From: Minisyncoccia bacterium
GTDB lineage: Bacteria; Patescibacteriota; Minisyncoccia; UBA6257
NCBI GenBank assembly: GCA_049967535.1
Contig: JBMFSN010000002.1
Span: 1-56,898, forward strand
Direction of reading: 5' to 3'
DNA: 56,898 nt
The number at the start of each line of letters is the position of its first letter. The stretch's first letter is position 1. The notes below the pieces were generated by a model. It was not told the origin of the DNA. It worked only from the letters and a program-made list of their open reading frames with translations, and did not search any database. Below are positions 7,846 to 17,679 of this stretch, piece by piece. The position numbers and the translations under genes are program-made.

Positions 7846-7877
7846 TTAAACTTGTTTGGTGTGGGGGCAAGCTTACC

Positions 7878-8480
7878 TTATTCCAAAATGCCATCTAAAT
7901 TGACATCATAAAGAATTGATTCTTGGACTAGACGATAATTAATCAGTTCTTCTGGTTTAAACCAAAGATTAATTTCTGCTTCGGCGTCAGAAATAGATGA
8001 AGAAGCATGAACTAAATTGCGAGTAGCCCGAAGATCAATATCTGCTGCCTGGTAGGAGTCAATGGTAAAATCACCTCGGATAGTTCCAACATCAGAGATT
8101 AAAGGCTCAGTACTGCCAGTTATTTTTCTTACTACTCCTACCGCGTTCATTCCCTGCCAAACCATGGCTACCACTGGGCCAGAAGTTAAATATTTTTTTA
8201 ATTTATTTAAAGTCATATTTCCCATCTCTTCAGGATTTTCAGTAGGAGGAGTTAATCCTTTAGAAAGGTAAGCATCAATAGATTTTTGTCCGCTTTTCAC
8301 TTTCCAATCTGAATCAATAAGATAGTGTTTTTCTATTAGTTCTTCTGTAGGCACCACTAACTTTAAACCAATTAATTTTAACCCGGTCTGTTCATAACGC
8401 TTAGTAATGTCGCCGATTAAACTGCGCTGAATCCCATCGGGTTTAATCAAAACTAAAGTTTTTTCTTTTTTAAAATCCAT
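7878..8480 (-). CDS. ndk: Nucleoside diphosphate kinase (long form with insertions)
   Basis: KTLVLIKPDGIQRSLIGDI, SGPVVAMVWQG, GTIRGDF, NLVHASSS (catalytic His). It is 200 aa, versus about 140-150 aa for canonical NDK. Confidence 0.85.
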   Translation of the reverse strand: MDFKKEKTLVLIKPDGIQRSLIGDITKRYEQTGLKLIGLKLVVPTEELIEKHYLIDSDWKVKSGQKSIDAYLSKGLTPPTENPEEMGNMTLNKLKKYLTSGPVVAMVWQGMNAVGVVRKITGSTEPLISDVGTIRGDFTIDSYQAADIDLRATRNLVHASSSISDAEAEINLWFKPEELINYRLVQESILYDVNLDGILE

Positions 8481-8485
8481 AGTGA

Positions 8486-9892
8486 TTAAAATATTTTCAA
8501 ATGTAATTCTTTTAATTGTTTTTCCTCAATTTCTGCAGGTGCGTTCATCATTAAGTCCCGGCCATCACCAGTTTTGGGGAAAGCGATAACCTCTCTGATA
8601 GAAGGCTCATTTTCTAAAATCATCATAATACGGTCGAGTCCCAAAGCAATCCCTCCATGAGGTGGAACACCATAACTAAACGCATCTAATAAATGGCCAA
8701 ACTTTTCATAGATGGCTTCTTTTTTATGCCCCATAATTTCGAAAATAGCTTCTAATAATTCAGGTTCATGAATTCTCAAAGAACCACCTCCTACTTCGTA
8801 ACCATTTAAGACAAAATCATATTGCTGGGCCAGGGGCAAAGATGGGTCTTTTTTAATTCTAGCTATGACCTCCTTAATATTTTCCCCTTCATTAAATTTG
8901 GGGCGAGTAAAAGGATGATGAACAGCATCAAAACGATGTTCTTCTTCTTTCCATTCAAATAAAGGAAAATCTACGACAAAAGCAAAAGCTAATTCATTGG
9001 GGTCATTTTTATTAATTCTTAAATCTGGCTTATCGGTGTGATACTGATTCATTACTTCCTGATATTGTAGGCGAGGAAAAGGAAAAGCCAGAATCTTTTT
9101 TTCCGGATAATATTTGTCTATTAAATTCTTGAATAAATCTTCTATTAAAGAAAGAATCTCTGCTTGGATAGGAAAATCCATTTCTATATCTAATTGAGTA
9201 AATTCTGGCTGACGGTCGCCTCGGGTATCCTCATCTCGAAAACAACGGGCAATTTGAAAATATCTCTCTAGACCAGCAACCATGAGAAGTTGTTTATATT
9301 GCTGAGGGCTTTGGGGTAAAGCATAAAACTTACCTGGATCTATTCGGGAAGGCACAACATAATCTCTTGCCCCTTCTGGAGTAGATTTAGTTAATTCTGG
9401 GGTGGCTACTTCTATAAAGTCTCTTTCTGATAAATAATCTCTTATAAATTTAGTAACTTGATGACGATGAAGAAGATTTTTTCTCATGCGTTCACGACGT
9501 AAATCTAAATAACGATATTTTAAACGTAAATCTTCACTAATCTCTTTACCATCAGAAGAAAGGTTAAAAGGAGGAGTTTTCGCTTGGGTTAAAACCTTTA
9601 AGTCTTTTACTTCAATTTCTATCTTTCCCGTGATAATTTTGGCATTTTCCATCCCTTGAGGTCTTGCTTTAACTAAGCCATTAATTTCAATGACCCATTC
9701 GGAACGTAATTTGTCAGCTAATTCATATGTTTCTTTTTGTTCAGGCGAAAAAACCAATTGGACAGTACCAGTTTTATCACGTAAATCAATAAAAATAATT
9801 TTTCCGTGGTCACGCCGGCTATCCACCCAACCAAAAAGATGAACTTTTTGACCAATTGACTGAACGGTATCTTTAGCCCAAAAACGAGACAT
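8486..9892 (-). CDS. aspS: Aspartyl-tRNA synthetase (short form, no GAD insertion domain)
   Basis: N-terminal OB fold and class II motifs (FQIARCFRDEDTRGDRQPEFTQLDIEM, GGGSLRIH, GIALGLDR). The 468-aa length leaves no room for the bacterial insertion domain. Confidence 0.9.
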   Translation of the reverse strand: MSRFWAKDTVQSIGQKVHLFGWVDSRRDHGKIIFIDLRDKTGTVQLVFSPEQKETYELADKLRSEWVIEINGLVKARPQGMENAKIITGKIEIEVKDLKVLTQAKTPPFNLSSDGKEISEDLRLKYRYLDLRRERMRKNLLHRHQVTKFIRDYLSERDFIEVATPELTKSTPEGARDYVVPSRIDPGKFYALPQSPQQYKQLLMVAGLERYFQIARCFRDEDTRGDRQPEFTQLDIEMDFPIQAEILSLIEDLFKNLIDKYYPEKKILAFPFPRLQYQEVMNQYHTDKPDLRINKNDPNELAFAFVVDFPLFEWKEEEHRFDAVHHPFTRPKFNEGENIKEVIARIKKDPSLPLAQQYDFVLNGYEVGGGSLRIHEPELLEAIFEIMGHKKEAIYEKFGHLLDAFSYGVPPHGGIALGLDRIMMILENEPSIREVIAFPKTGDGRDLMMNAPAEIEEKQLKELHLKIF

Positions 9893-9987
9893 ATCAAAAA
9901 TAATTTTAAATTTTGTAATTTTTAATTTTTAAACTCTAAAGCATTATACCTCAAAATAATAATCAAAGCAATCTTTTTGCCGAAACA

Positions 9988-10863
9988 TTATTCGTGCTCT
10001 ATTTTCATTTTTAAAGCATTGTTCTCTAAAATGAATTGAATTGTACCCTTAATATCGGTTCTGAAAATCTGAGCACCAATATTTTTTAATCTGGTTAGAG
10101 TATCTAAATGAGGTTGACCATAAGTATTCTCCCCTACCTCAATAACAGCTATTTGAGGATGAAAACTTTTCAAAAAGACATCAGAAGAAGAATAATTAGA
10201 GCCATGATGAGCTACTTTTAGAACATTAAATTGAGAAGGGGGAAATGAAAAAGATGAAAGCAATTTGTTCTCTTGAGCGCTACCGATATCGCCTGTAAAA
10301 AGAAATTGGTTATTACGAGAAAAGAAATCTAAAACTAGACAAGAATTATTTGCCTCATTAGAAAACATTAAATTTTTAGGAGGATAGAGGGTTAATAATT
10401 CATCTTGATAATTGGTATTTTCCCCTAAGTGAATTCTTACCCCCTTAAAGCCCTGAATGATTAAAATGTGGCGTTTTTTCAATTCCTCTACTAATTTCTG
10501 AAAGGAAGAGCTGGGATAAGTATAATTATTAAGCATCACTGCTTTAATTTTATATTTATCGAATAATTCAAATAATCCATTATAGTGATCTTTATTGGGA
10601 TGAGAAAGAATAAATAAATCAATAGTCCGGTCATAAAAAGGCAAAACTTTACTTAACTCAAAAAGAATTTTATTATTCGGGCCAGCATCAATTAGAATAT
10701 TACCAGCTTGGTAATGAATTAGCTCTGCATCGCCCTGCCCCACGTTTAGGAAAGCAATTTTTTCCTGAAAACGCAAGGCTTGAAAAATAATTAACCAAGT
10801 AAACATATTGGCCAGCAAAAGAACAAGAAGAAAAATCAAACGCTTACTAAAAACTAGTTTCAT
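9988..10863 (-). CDS. comEC: ComEC C-terminal module: metallo-beta-lactamase-fold protein with its own N-terminal TM helix
   Basis: FLNVGQGDAELI, SHPNKDHYNG, VAHHGS (MBL fold of ComEC/Rec2). It overlaps the upstream ORF by 17 nt. Confidence 0.8.
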   Translation of the reverse strand: MKLVFSKRLIFLLVLLLANMFTWLIIFQALRFQEKIAFLNVGQGDAELIHYQAGNILIDAGPNNKILFELSKVLPFYDRTIDLFILSHPNKDHYNGLFELFDKYKIKAVMLNNYTYPSSSFQKLVEELKKRHILIIQGFKGVRIHLGENTNYQDELLTLYPPKNLMFSNEANNSCLVLDFFSRNNQFLFTGDIGSAQENKLLSSFSFPPSQFNVLKVAHHGSNYSSSDVFLKSFHPQIAVIEVGENTYGQPHLDTLTRLKNIGAQIFRTDIKGTIQFILENNALKMKIEHE

Positions 10864-11896
10864 GATTTTTTAAAATAACTATTATTAAGCCTAAATAAAT
10901 ACAAATTATTAACCATAAAGGCAAAGAGGGTAATAATATTTCTGCCCAAGCCCAATGAGAAAACCAGTTTATTATCTCTAAAACATATTGGAGTAAAAAA
11001 TTGAGAAAAACCCCCAAAAATAAACCTAGGGGGTAAAATAAAAGACTGATTAAACCAATAAACAATCCAAAGATTATTATTATCGGAACAAGAGGAACAA
11101 CTAAAAGATTGGTAAGAGGAGTGACCAAAGATAGAAAATGAGTTTGATAAACCACCCAAGGAGTAACCATTATTAAAGCAGAGAAACTAAGGATTAAAGT
11201 ATCTTTCAAAAGATGAAACTGATTTTGAAATATCTCTTTTTGCCAAAAAGACCAATGACTGATAAGAGGTGAAAAATAAATAATACCTAAAGTAGCTAAA
11301 ACAGACAACTGAAAACCTAAATCATTAAAAATAATCTTAGGGTCTAAAAATACCATAATTAAAATAGCCAAAATTATGGCAGAAGAAGAACGATAAAGGC
11401 GATGATTAAGCCTTGCTAAAAGAAGTAAAAGGGTCATAATAGCCGCTCGCACAACTGAAGCAGAAAAATCAGCCATCACCATAAATCCTAGAATAAACAA
11501 AGCACTCAGAAGGAAATTGAACACCCCAGTAATTAAACAGATGTCTAGAATTAAAGAGACAAACTGGGTAACAATATTTAAATGAAGGCCCGAAACAGCT
11601 ACTAAATGAGAAAGACCAACTTTTCTAATTTTATTTTTCCATTCAAAGGGCAGATTATCTTTACTCCCGAAAAACAAACTTTTCATGAGACTAAGCTGGG
11701 GTTCTAAAATAACTCGGCTTAATCCAAAATTTATTTTATTTTTCAATTGAAGCCAAATTTTAATAAAAGAAGAAGGTAATAAATCATTAATTTGGGTAGA
11801 ATAACCAGAATAAAACCGCCAGATAGTAAAAAACAATAATAAAATCACCCCACCAAAGCGGAGAATTTTTAAAATGTGTATTTTATCTAACTCCAC
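10847..11896 (-). CDS. comEC: ComEC/Rec2 competence (channel) domain protein
   Basis: Polytopic membrane protein with the competence-domain motif GLSHLVAVSGLHLNIV. It has no N-terminal OB domain and no C-terminal MBL domain in this ORF. Confidence 0.8.
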   Translation of the reverse strand: MELDKIHILKILRFGGVILLLFFTIWRFYSGYSTQINDLLPSSFIKIWLQLKNKINFGLSRVILEPQLSLMKSLFFGSKDNLPFEWKNKIRKVGLSHLVAVSGLHLNIVTQFVSLILDICLITGVFNFLLSALFILGFMVMADFSASVVRAAIMTLLLLLARLNHRLYRSSSAIILAILIMVFLDPKIIFNDLGFQLSVLATLGIIYFSPLISHWSFWQKEIFQNQFHLLKDTLILSFSALIMVTPWVVYQTHFLSLVTPLTNLLVVPLVPIIIIFGLFIGLISLLFYPLGLFLGVFLNFLLQYVLEIINWFSHWAWAEILLPSLPLWLIICIYLGLIIVILKNHETSF

Positions 11897-12578
11897 ATTC
11901 TTTAAAGAATGTTTTTACTTGGTTAATGATTTCTTGTAATTCCTCTTCGGAAATACCATGAAGTTGAGAAAACTGTGGATCTAAGGTTTTGATATTTTTA
12001 AAAGGTTGAAGAAAATAAGCTTGGGCTGGTTTTATGAGATCAACAATTTGAAAAATGTCTTCTTTAGTGACAATTTCTGGGGCTACTGTCGTGCGAAATT
12101 CATAATTAATACCACTATTTTTTATTAAATCAATTGATTCTAAAATTTTCTCTTTTGGTATTTGATTCAGAGTCACTAAATAGTATTTATCAGGAATAGT
12201 TTTAACATCCATGGCCAAATAATCAACTAACTTCTTGTTTATAATCTCTTCTAAGACCCTGGGATTGGAACCATTACTATCTAATTTAATCAGATAGCCT
12301 AAGGACTTAACTTTCTCTAAAAATGAAATTAAATCAGGATGGAGGGTTGGTTCTCCCCCAGTGATACAAAGACCTTCTAATAAACCTCGTCTTTCTGTTA
12401 AAAAATCTATAACTTCTTTTTCAGAAATTTGAGGTTGCTTTTGAATAAGCTCTGGTAAAACCAACTCAGGATTATGACAATAAGGGCAGCGGAAATTACA
12501 GCCAACGGTAAAAACAGTCGCCGCCACCTTTCCTGGATAATCTACTAAGGTTGTTTTTTGTAGACCGCCAAAAATCAT
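11883..12578 (-). CDS. nrdG: Anaerobic ribonucleotide reductase activating protein (radical SAM)
   Basis: CNFRCPYCHNP cluster motif, GLCITGGEP; lies directly downstream of nrdD. Confidence 0.85.
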   Translation of the reverse strand: MIFGGLQKTTLVDYPGKVAATVFTVGCNFRCPYCHNPELVLPELIQKQPQISEKEVIDFLTERRGLLEGLCITGGEPTLHPDLISFLEKVKSLGYLIKLDSNGSNPRVLEEIINKKLVDYLAMDVKTIPDKYYLVTLNQIPKEKILESIDLIKNSGINYEFRTTVAPEIVTKEDIFQIVDLIKPAQAYFLQPFKNIKTLDPQFSQLHGISEEELQEIINQVKTFFKECGVR

Positions 12579-12609
12579 AGAATTAATTTATAACGTATGA
12601 GTTCTAAAG

Positions 12610-14721
12610 TTAGACTTTAAAGGTTTTTCTTTCTTTGTATTCCTCTTGCTTCCCATGATGCCATTGCTGGACAGGCCGTAAATAGCCCACTACCCGGGAA
12701 TAAACTTCACAAGGTTGTTCTACGGTGCATTTAGGACAAGTGAAATGTTCTCCAGCAATATAACCATGAACCGGACAAATAGAAAAAGTTGGTGTTAAAG
12801 TAAAATAAGGTAAGCGAAATCTTTCAAACACTGTTTTAATAAAAGAGACAACGGTTTTAGGGTCAGAGATGGCCTCTCCTAAAAAGGCATGAAAAACTGT
12901 CCCGCCAGTATATCTTGTTTGAAGAGGATCTTGTAATTTTAAGGCTTCAAATAAATCATCAGTATAATTAACTGGTAATTGAGTGGAATTGGTATAATAA
13001 GGTTCTTTGTCTCCTGCAGTAATAATGTCAGGATATTTCTTTTTATCATCTAAAGCTAGGCGATAAGAAGTTCCTTCCGCTGGAGTAGCTTCTAAATTAT
13101 AAAGATTACCAGTTTCTTCTTGGTATTTGACTAATCTCTCTCTCATAAAGTCCATCACCTCTTCTGCAAATTTAATCCCCTTAAGATTGCCAATATTGAC
13201 TCCCAAAAAATTTAACAAAGCCTCATTCATTCCAATTAAACCAATAGTCGAAAAGTGATTCCCCCAATAAACTCCTCTCATTTTTTTAACTCCTTCTAAG
13301 TAATATTTAGAATAAGGGTATAAACCTTTATCTGTCCACCCTTCTAAAACTTTACGTTTGATCTCTAGGCTATTTCGCGCTAAATCCATTAAAGAAGATA
13401 ATTTATCAAAAAATTCTTTTTTTGTTTTAGAAGTATAACCAATGCGAGGTAAATTAATAGTAACTACCCCAATAGAACCTGTTAAAGGATTAGCTCCAAA
13501 TAACCCTCCTCCTCTTTTATAGAGTTCTCGATTATCAAGACGCAGTCGGCAGCACATACTTCGAGCATCCTCGGGTTTCATATCAGAATTAACAAAATTG
13601 GAAAAATAAGGAATGCCATATTTAGCTGTCATTTTCCAAATACCTTCGTAAGCAGGATTATGCCAATCAAAATCTTTGGTAATATTGTAAGTAGGAATAG
13701 GAAAAGTAAAAACTCGACCCGAGGCATCACCTTCAGTGTAGACCTCTGTTAAGGCTTGGTTAAAAATATCTATCTCTCTTTGAAAATCAGCATAAGTCTC
13801 TTTTTGAGGTTGACCGCCAATAATGACTGGATTATTTTCTAAGTAACTGGGAACTTTCAAATCGAGAGTAATATTGGTAAAGGGAGTCTGAAAACCTACT
13901 CTTGTCGGAACATTCATATTAAATAAAAATTCCTGAAGCGCCTGTTTTACCTCTTGATAGTTTAAATTATCATAACGAATAAAAGGTGCTAAAAGAGTAT
14001 CAAAATCAGAAAAAGCCTGAGCCCCTGCTGATTCTCCTTGTAGGGTATAAAAATAATTAACTATCTGACCTAAAGCCGCTCGAAAATGTTTAGCTGGTTT
14101 AGATTGAATTTTACCGGATACGCCCCCAAAACCCTTCATTAATAAATCCTCTAAATCCCAGCCCATACAATAAGCTCCGATAGTATCTAAATTGTGCAAA
14201 TGAAAATCCCCTTCTTCATTAGCTCGTCGTATTTCAGGAGGATAAATCCGGTTAAGCCAATATTTTTTGGCCACATAAGAAGAAACATAATGGTTTAGTC
14301 CTTGAAGAGAAAAAGCCATATTGCTATTCTCTTTAATTTGCCAATCTTGGCCATTGAGATAATCATCTACTAAACTGATTGCCTCCTCTGTGGCAATTTG
14401 AGCTTCTCGCATTTGGCGTCTTTGCTCGCGGTAAAGAATGTAGGATTTAGCAGTCTCTGTTAAATTTTCCAAAATTAAAACCTCTTCCACGATATCTTGG
14501 ATTTTCTCCACCTCTACTTCATCATTTTGTTTAAAACGGCGATTTAAAAGAATAATTATTTTTTTGGTGATTTCTTGAGCTAATTTCTTTCCTCCTTCTC
14601 CAGTAACAGTTAAAGCCTTAAACACTGCTTCTTCTATTTTTGTCTTATCAAAAGGGATTATTTTTCCATCTCTTTTGGTAACTGATTTAATATGATTGGT
14701 AAATTTTTTGGCTTTGGTCAT
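12610..14721 (-). CDS. nrdD: Anaerobic (class III) ribonucleoside-triphosphate reductase
   Basis: N-terminal ATP-cone, catalytic region MCCRLRLD, C-terminal zinc ribbon (CPVHG...CPKC) and glycyl-radical motif SRVVGYLRPV. Confidence 0.9.
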   Translation of the reverse strand: MTKAKKFTNHIKSVTKRDGKIIPFDKTKIEEAVFKALTVTGEGGKKLAQEITKKIIILLNRRFKQNDEVEVEKIQDIVEEVLILENLTETAKSYILYREQRRQMREAQIATEEAISLVDDYLNGQDWQIKENSNMAFSLQGLNHYVSSYVAKKYWLNRIYPPEIRRANEEGDFHLHNLDTIGAYCMGWDLEDLLMKGFGGVSGKIQSKPAKHFRAALGQIVNYFYTLQGESAGAQAFSDFDTLLAPFIRYDNLNYQEVKQALQEFLFNMNVPTRVGFQTPFTNITLDLKVPSYLENNPVIIGGQPQKETYADFQREIDIFNQALTEVYTEGDASGRVFTFPIPTYNITKDFDWHNPAYEGIWKMTAKYGIPYFSNFVNSDMKPEDARSMCCRLRLDNRELYKRGGGLFGANPLTGSIGVVTINLPRIGYTSKTKKEFFDKLSSLMDLARNSLEIKRKVLEGWTDKGLYPYSKYYLEGVKKMRGVYWGNHFSTIGLIGMNEALLNFLGVNIGNLKGIKFAEEVMDFMRERLVKYQEETGNLYNLEATPAEGTSYRLALDDKKKYPDIITAGDKEPYYTNSTQLPVNYTDDLFEALKLQDPLQTRYTGGTVFHAFLGEAISDPKTVVSFIKTVFERFRLPYFTLTPTFSICPVHGYIAGEHFTCPKCTVEQPCEVYSRVVGYLRPVQQWHHGKQEEYKERKTFKV

Positions 14722-14740
14722 AATAATAAATTGTTAAAGT

Positions 14741-15955
14741 TTAATCCTTTTTCTTTTTTCTTAAGAAGGCAGGAATCTCCAGCTCTTTGTTGTCTTGAAT
14801 GATTTGCTGAATATCTTCGTTTTCTGGTGGGGATTCATTCTCTTCAATCGGAATTTTGATATTAAGAGGTAAGGGTGAACCAAATTCTCTCGCTTCCCTT
14901 TCAAAGCTGCCAGCGATAACAGTTACTTTCATTTCTCCTTTGTTTAGCTCTTTATCAAAGCTAGTACCAAAAATAACTTGAGCATCTTTAGCGATAGATT
15001 CGGTAATTACCCTTGCCGCATTATTAATTTCTACTAAAGACATGTCTTTCCCTCCACTAATGTTAAAAAGAACTTTTGTAGCTCCTTCAATAGAAACATC
15101 TAGAAGAGGTGAAGAAATAGCTTTTTGAGCAGCAATTTTAGCTCTCTCTGCTCCTTTGGCTTTACCTAAGCCCAAAAGACTACTTCCTGCATTACTCATA
15201 ATTGTTTTTATGTTGGCAAAATCTAAATTAATCAAACCTGGATAAGCAATTAAATCAGAAATACCTTTTACTCCCTCTCTTAAAATTTCATCAATTTTAT
15301 AAAAAGCATCAAGGATAGGAGTTTTTTCATCAATAATGTTAAAAACTCGGTCATTGGGAATAGTAACAATAGCATCAACTTCGTTAAATAATTTTTGCCA
15401 AGCTTCGTCAGCAATCTCTAATCTTTTAGCTCCTTCAAAAGAAAAAGGTTTGGTTACTACCGCAATAGTCAAAGCTCCTGACTGCCGAGCTAAATTAGCC
15501 ACTAAAGGAGAGGCACCAGAACCTGTTCCTCCTCCCAAACCAGCAGCAATAAAAATCAAATCAGCACCTTGAACTGCTTTTTTTAATTCTTCGATATTTT
15601 CCTCAGCTGCTTCTTTGCCTCTTAAGGGATCCATTCCTGCCCCTAACCCTCGACAAACTGTTTTTCCAATTTGAATTTTAGTATCAGCTTTGGAATGTTT
15701 TAAACCTTGAAAATCGGTATTAACAGTAATTAAGTCTATTCCCTCAATCCTTTTATCATATAAGCGGCTGACGACGTTATTTCCTGCTCCCCCCACCCCA
15801 ATAATTTTCAGATGTACTTTTTGAGAAACGTTGGGTGTAGATTCAATGTTTTGAGCTTCGAGATGTATGACTGGTGATTTTTTTTCTTTTTCTTTTTGCT
15901 TGGCTACTTTCCTTGCTGATTTTTTTATTAAATGGTGAGCTTTCTTATTGAACAT
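14741..15955 (-). CDS. ftsZ: Cell division protein FtsZ (with a basic N-terminal extension of roughly 45 aa)
   Basis: IIGVGGAGNNVV and the tubulin signature GLGGGTGSGASP; C-terminal peptide ELEIPAFLRKKK. Confidence 0.95.
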   Translation of the reverse strand: MFNKKAHHLIKKSARKVAKQKEKEKKSPVIHLEAQNIESTPNVSQKVHLKIIGVGGAGNNVVSRLYDKRIEGIDLITVNTDFQGLKHSKADTKIQIGKTVCRGLGAGMDPLRGKEAAEENIEELKKAVQGADLIFIAAGLGGGTGSGASPLVANLARQSGALTIAVVTKPFSFEGAKRLEIADEAWQKLFNEVDAIVTIPNDRVFNIIDEKTPILDAFYKIDEILREGVKGISDLIAYPGLINLDFANIKTIMSNAGSSLLGLGKAKGAERAKIAAQKAISSPLLDVSIEGATKVLFNISGGKDMSLVEINNAARVITESIAKDAQVIFGTSFDKELNKGEMKVTVIAGSFEREAREFGSPLPLNIKIPIEENESPPENEDIQQIIQDNKELEIPAFLRKKKKD

Positions 15956-15984
15956 AGATAAATATTTTAAAATAATTTAAACAA

Positions 15985-17196
15985 TTATGGTAAAAATTGA
16001 TGTTTAATATTTTTTATAATTTTAGCAAAAAAATTACCACCTTCAATGGTCTCATTAGAATTTTTTATTGCTAGATCAATGAGTCCTAAAACAGGAATAA
16101 ATGAAGGGTCAGGTCTCTCGTCATACCAACTAATAGCAGGTTTGGCGATTCTTACTGGTAATTTAAATTTTTCCTTGGCTAAATCAACTATATAGGGCAT
16201 CTGAGCCCCTCCTCCCAAAAGAACAATGCCTCCTGGTAATTTGCCAAATTTATCTAGTTCTTTTAAGCGTTCACTCACCATATCAAAAATTTCACTCAAA
16301 CGAGCTTCAATAATTTCAGCTAAAAAGCGTTTACTTATTTTGTTTTCTTCTTCTGAATCTCCAAAATATTGATTCAAATCAATCATAGCTCCCTTGGTGA
16401 TTTTTTTGGCTAAAGCTACGCCCTCTTGAATTTTAATTTTTTCTGCTAAGTCAACATAGGTCTTAAGACCTACGGCAATATCATTAGTAATATTATTACC
16501 TCCAATAGGAAAAACTTTGAGATCTAGAAGATCGTTATCTTCATAAAGGCATAAACTAGTAGTTCCAGCTCCCAAATCCAAAACAGCCGCTCCTAATTCT
16601 TTGTCTTGATGAGTTAAAGCTAATTCCGCCCCTGCATAAGGTAAAATTATTTTATTGAAACTAAGGCCTAACATTTCTCCCAGCCGATCAATATTTCTTA
16701 TAACAGGAGTAAATGAGTCAATAAGAAGACACTCTGTTTCTAATCTCAAACCCTTCATAGTTAAGGGGTCTTTTACCTTAGTAGAGCCATCAATAATATA
16801 ATTTTGAACAGTCGTTTGAGTTAAAACTCTATTAGCTGGTAAAACACAAGCCTGCGCTGCTTTGAGTGCTCTTTCTTTATCATCTTCTGTAATTTCTCCA
16901 TCTGGCCGACTAATAACAGAAACCCCTTTAGAGATTCTGGTCTCTAAATGCGGCCCCCCTACTCCTACAATGGCTTGTTTAAAAATGAAATTTCTATTAG
17001 CTCCTTCCATTTCTGTTAGAACATTATTAAGCTCTGTAGCTAATAAATCAATATCACTAATCATTCCCTGTTTTACTCCTTGAGATTGACGAAGGCTTGG
17101 AAAAACCACCTGCCAATTATCAGGGCTGTCAATTTTAGCTACCAATGCTTTGATTTGGGCAGTACCCAAATCTAATGCTAAAAGATAGGAAGACAT
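15985..17196 (-). CDS. ftsA: Cell division protein FtsA
   Basis: Actin-fold motifs LALDLGTAQIK, VLDLGAGTTS, GGGAQMP. The start is set at Met30 (17196) so that it does not overlap ybeY. Confidence 0.9.
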   Translation of the reverse strand: MSSYLLALDLGTAQIKALVAKIDSPDNWQVVFPSLRQSQGVKQGMISDIDLLATELNNVLTEMEGANRNFIFKQAIVGVGGPHLETRISKGVSVISRPDGEITEDDKERALKAAQACVLPANRVLTQTTVQNYIIDGSTKVKDPLTMKGLRLETECLLIDSFTPVIRNIDRLGEMLGLSFNKIILPYAGAELALTHQDKELGAAVLDLGAGTTSLCLYEDNDLLDLKVFPIGGNNITNDIAVGLKTYVDLAEKIKIQEGVALAKKITKGAMIDLNQYFGDSEEENKISKRFLAEIIEARLSEIFDMVSERLKELDKFGKLPGGIVLLGGGAQMPYIVDLAKEKFKLPVRIAKPAISWYDERPDPSFIPVLGLIDLAIKNSNETIEGGNFFAKIIKNIKHQFLP

Positions 17197-17254
17197 ACTA
17201 ATGTTGTTAAAATTTTTGAAGCCTGCCTGTGGATAGGTAGAGGTACAAGCTTTT

Positions 17255-17674
17255 TTACTGTTCAGGTTTACCTTCGCAGACAAAGTCCTTTATTTTCTGC
17301 TCTAAACTTTCCATTTTTTCTCTCTCCTTTCGTTTATCGTGAGTATAACCAAATAAATGTAAAATACTATGAATAAGAAGAATTTGGTAAAATGTTTTTA
17401 AAGAAAGATTTCTTTGAAGGGCCTGCTTTTTTATTTCCTGAGGGCAAAGAAAAATATCTCCTTCGTTAAAAGTTAAAACTGTTGTAGTCTGAGGATGATG
17501 ACGCCAATAAGTATTCATTTCTTTCATTTGTAAAGGACTAATAAAAATTAAAGAAATAGATTTTTGAGGACTTTTCAGATATTTTAAAATAGATTTAACA
17601 GTATGAGAGAGAAATGAACGGGAAACGGGGGCTTTTTCTAAATGGTAAAATAAAATTTCTCCTTTTTGAACCAT
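17255..17674 (-). CDS. ybeY: rRNA maturation endoribonuclease YbeY
   Basis: Zinc motif HSILHLFGYTHD; 139 aa. Confidence 0.85.
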   Translation of the reverse strand: MVQKGEILFYHLEKAPVSRSFLSHTVKSILKYLKSPQKSISLIFISPLQMKEMNTYWRHHPQTTTVLTFNEGDIFLCPQEIKKQALQRNLSLKTFYQILLIHSILHLFGYTHDKRKEREKMESLEQKIKDFVCEGKPEQ

Positions 17675-17679
17675 ATTAA

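Noticed and set aside
7382-7877. Possible RNase P RNA, SRP (4.5S) RNA or another universal ncRNA in the 500-nt gene-free stretch
   Set aside because: I looked on both strands for the RNase P P4 signatures (GGAAAGUCC ... ACAGAA..GGCUUA in that order) and for the SRP domain IV motif (GGAA tetraloop flanked by AGCA/GNAR-type loops). I found neither. GGCUUAC and GAGUCC occur but in the wrong order. This does not replace a covariance-model search.
10860-11159. Other internal or antisense ORF-track entries (for example 2034-2243, 4573-4824, 10860-11159, 15336-15572, 30382-30684, 44278-44553, 53392-53670)
   Set aside because: All lie inside, or antisense to, confidently identified genes and have low-complexity translations. 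I treat them as shadow ORFs.
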